A DNA stretch of 64,000 nucleotides from positions 1 to 64,000 of the forward strand of contig NIVC01000385.1 of the NCBI GenBank assembly GCA_002269645.1. The letters run 5' to 3'. The position numbers and the translations under genes are program-made. Below, piece after piece: positions 62,415-64,000 of the stretch; positions within the stretch are counted from its first letter, which is position 1, and every line of letters begins with the position of its first letter. Under the pieces are notes generated by a model that saw only the letters and a list, made by a program, of their open reading frames with translations, was not told where the DNA came from and made no database searches. This DNA is from Macrostomum lignano (lineage: Eukaryota).

Positions 62415-63290
62415 TTTCAGGAAAATAGCTTGTCAAAGTTTGCTTGCAAGAGGATTGCTTATCAAAGTTTGCTTGTCAAAGTATCTTCATGCCAAAATTT
62501 GCTTGTATGAAGTTTGTTTGCTTGCTTGTAAAAGATTGCTTGTAGGAATTTTGCTCACCAAAAGATACTTATAGAAGTTTACTCGCCATACTTTTGTTCT
62601 ATTTTGCTTGACAAAGTTTTTGCATTATTATTTAATTGTAAAGATAACTATGTGGAGTTACAACAGCATAATCATAATCCTCATTATGATTGTAAGTGTA
62701 TTTAACTGCAGATTACTTAACTGACGACATCAATTTTTTTCTATTATGCAATATTTTAGATTGCTTAGTGCAATTTAATTAACATAAGCATAACAAATGC
62801 ACATGAAAAGTTAAAAACTACATGAAGTAGCAATCTTACAAAATATAATGAATAGTTTTTGACAATCATATTATACTTCTAACTAATATTTTATTACATT
62901 TCTAAGAGATTAAAATAACCTAAGTATTTAAAAATGATTTGAATATTTTGTCTACTTTAATATAGTATTGTGGCAAAGTCATAAGCTAATAAAATATGGA
63001 AAACTATGGTGTTACTCAAAGTGAATGTAATTGAAATGCTGCTGTAAACTAAAAATTGTGTGTCCTAAATTGTGTGTTGCAAAAATCCTGCAAACAAAGT
63101 ACAGTAAGCAATCATCATGGAAGTACATTTTGGCAAGCAAATTTTAGCCAGCAGATTTCAGCAAGCAAACTACTGCAAGCAGACTTCAGCAAGCCAACTT
63201 TGGCAAGCAAAATTTGTCAACCAAACTTCGTCAAGCTCAGTAAGCAAACTGTTGCAAGCAAACTTTGACAAGCAAAATTTGTATTCCCAG
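62415..63290. mobile_element. Decayed MITE with inverted arrays of TTTGCTTG(T/C)AA units
   Basis: GCTTGTCAAAGTTTGCTTGCAA at ~62424 is the reverse complement of TTGCAAGCAAACTTTGACAAGC at ~63251; no TSD seen. Confidence 0.6.
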
Positions 63291-64000
63291 AGATATTATC
63301 CCAAATGTGGCTAGGCCTTAATTAATATTAATATAAATAAGCTATACAATATATAACAAGGTTCTTATCAAGATAGACATGTAGGACTATTATATGTTTG
63401 TATATTAAAGAATCATTGTACTATATGATCAAACTTATTCTTAGTCTTTAAGATCATATTTTCATATAAATTCAGCTAAGTTAGCCTTATTTTCTAAACA
63501 AACTTTACTCTAGCTGGTTTCAACTTTTCTTGCTATCAAAAGAAAGATTTATAACCAAAGATCATATATAAATTTATTTATACATAAAAAGAGATAAGAT
63601 TAAAGAGCCAACTAGATGGCAAAAAGATAGATAATAATAATAAGATTAAACTAGACAAAGAGAGAGAAAACAGAATAAATAGATACAAATTAAGTTTAAT
63701 TAAAGAAATGACTAAGTTGCAATAATCACTATCTATTGAGTGCTATCCAAAGGGTATTTTTATCCTAGAGGCTAGAGGTACCATCACAAGGATACTATTT
63801 TTATCCAAGGGATGCTGTCCTAAGAAGACTATTCTAGGGTATTTATAAGTGCTAAAGTTGCAAAAGAGGCATAGTATATATTCGGTTGAAGGGAAAGTTC
63901 TCTCCAATTTTAAGAACTTAAATCGTACTAAGTTTCTATAGAACTGAAACAACTTTACAAAGTGAAGTAATTGCCATCATATTCAATGACTTTCTGCCAT

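Overview
Eukaryotic (invertebrate animal) genomic DNA with spliceosomal introns, GC-rich exons and a dense transposon load. The 150-bp CpG-rich satellite, exon composition and two-domain GAPR-1/VAL-type gene suggest a free-living flatworm such as Macrostomum (inference only). Layout: (1) 40 copies of a 150-bp satellite at 1-5993; (2) a decayed Crypton-type tyrosine-recombinase gene; (3) a DUF4806/BEN-like pseudogene interrupted by an apparently full-length 5.75-kb LOA/R1-type LINE with a 12-bp TSD; (4) four co-oriented minus-strand genes: a cationic amino-acid transporter, hexosaminidase D, DIPK2A and an IMP1-like peptidase; (5) a plus-strand double-CAP-domain gene; (6) a VLIG/URGCP-like remnant split by an RTE fragment; (7) many non-autonomous elements with readable TIRs/TSDs (P-like, hAT, MULE, two solo LTRs, a CORE-type SINE). 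Best leads: an HDV-like self-cleaving ribozyme fold whose first nucleotide is the first base of the LINE, followed by a strong splice acceptor 2 nt before ORF1; and a 2.4-kb CpG-free tract plus an excess of CpA/TpG-to-TpA differences in old repeats (RIP-like or non-CpG-methylation signature). All alignments, counts and family assignments were done by eye; no database search was run.
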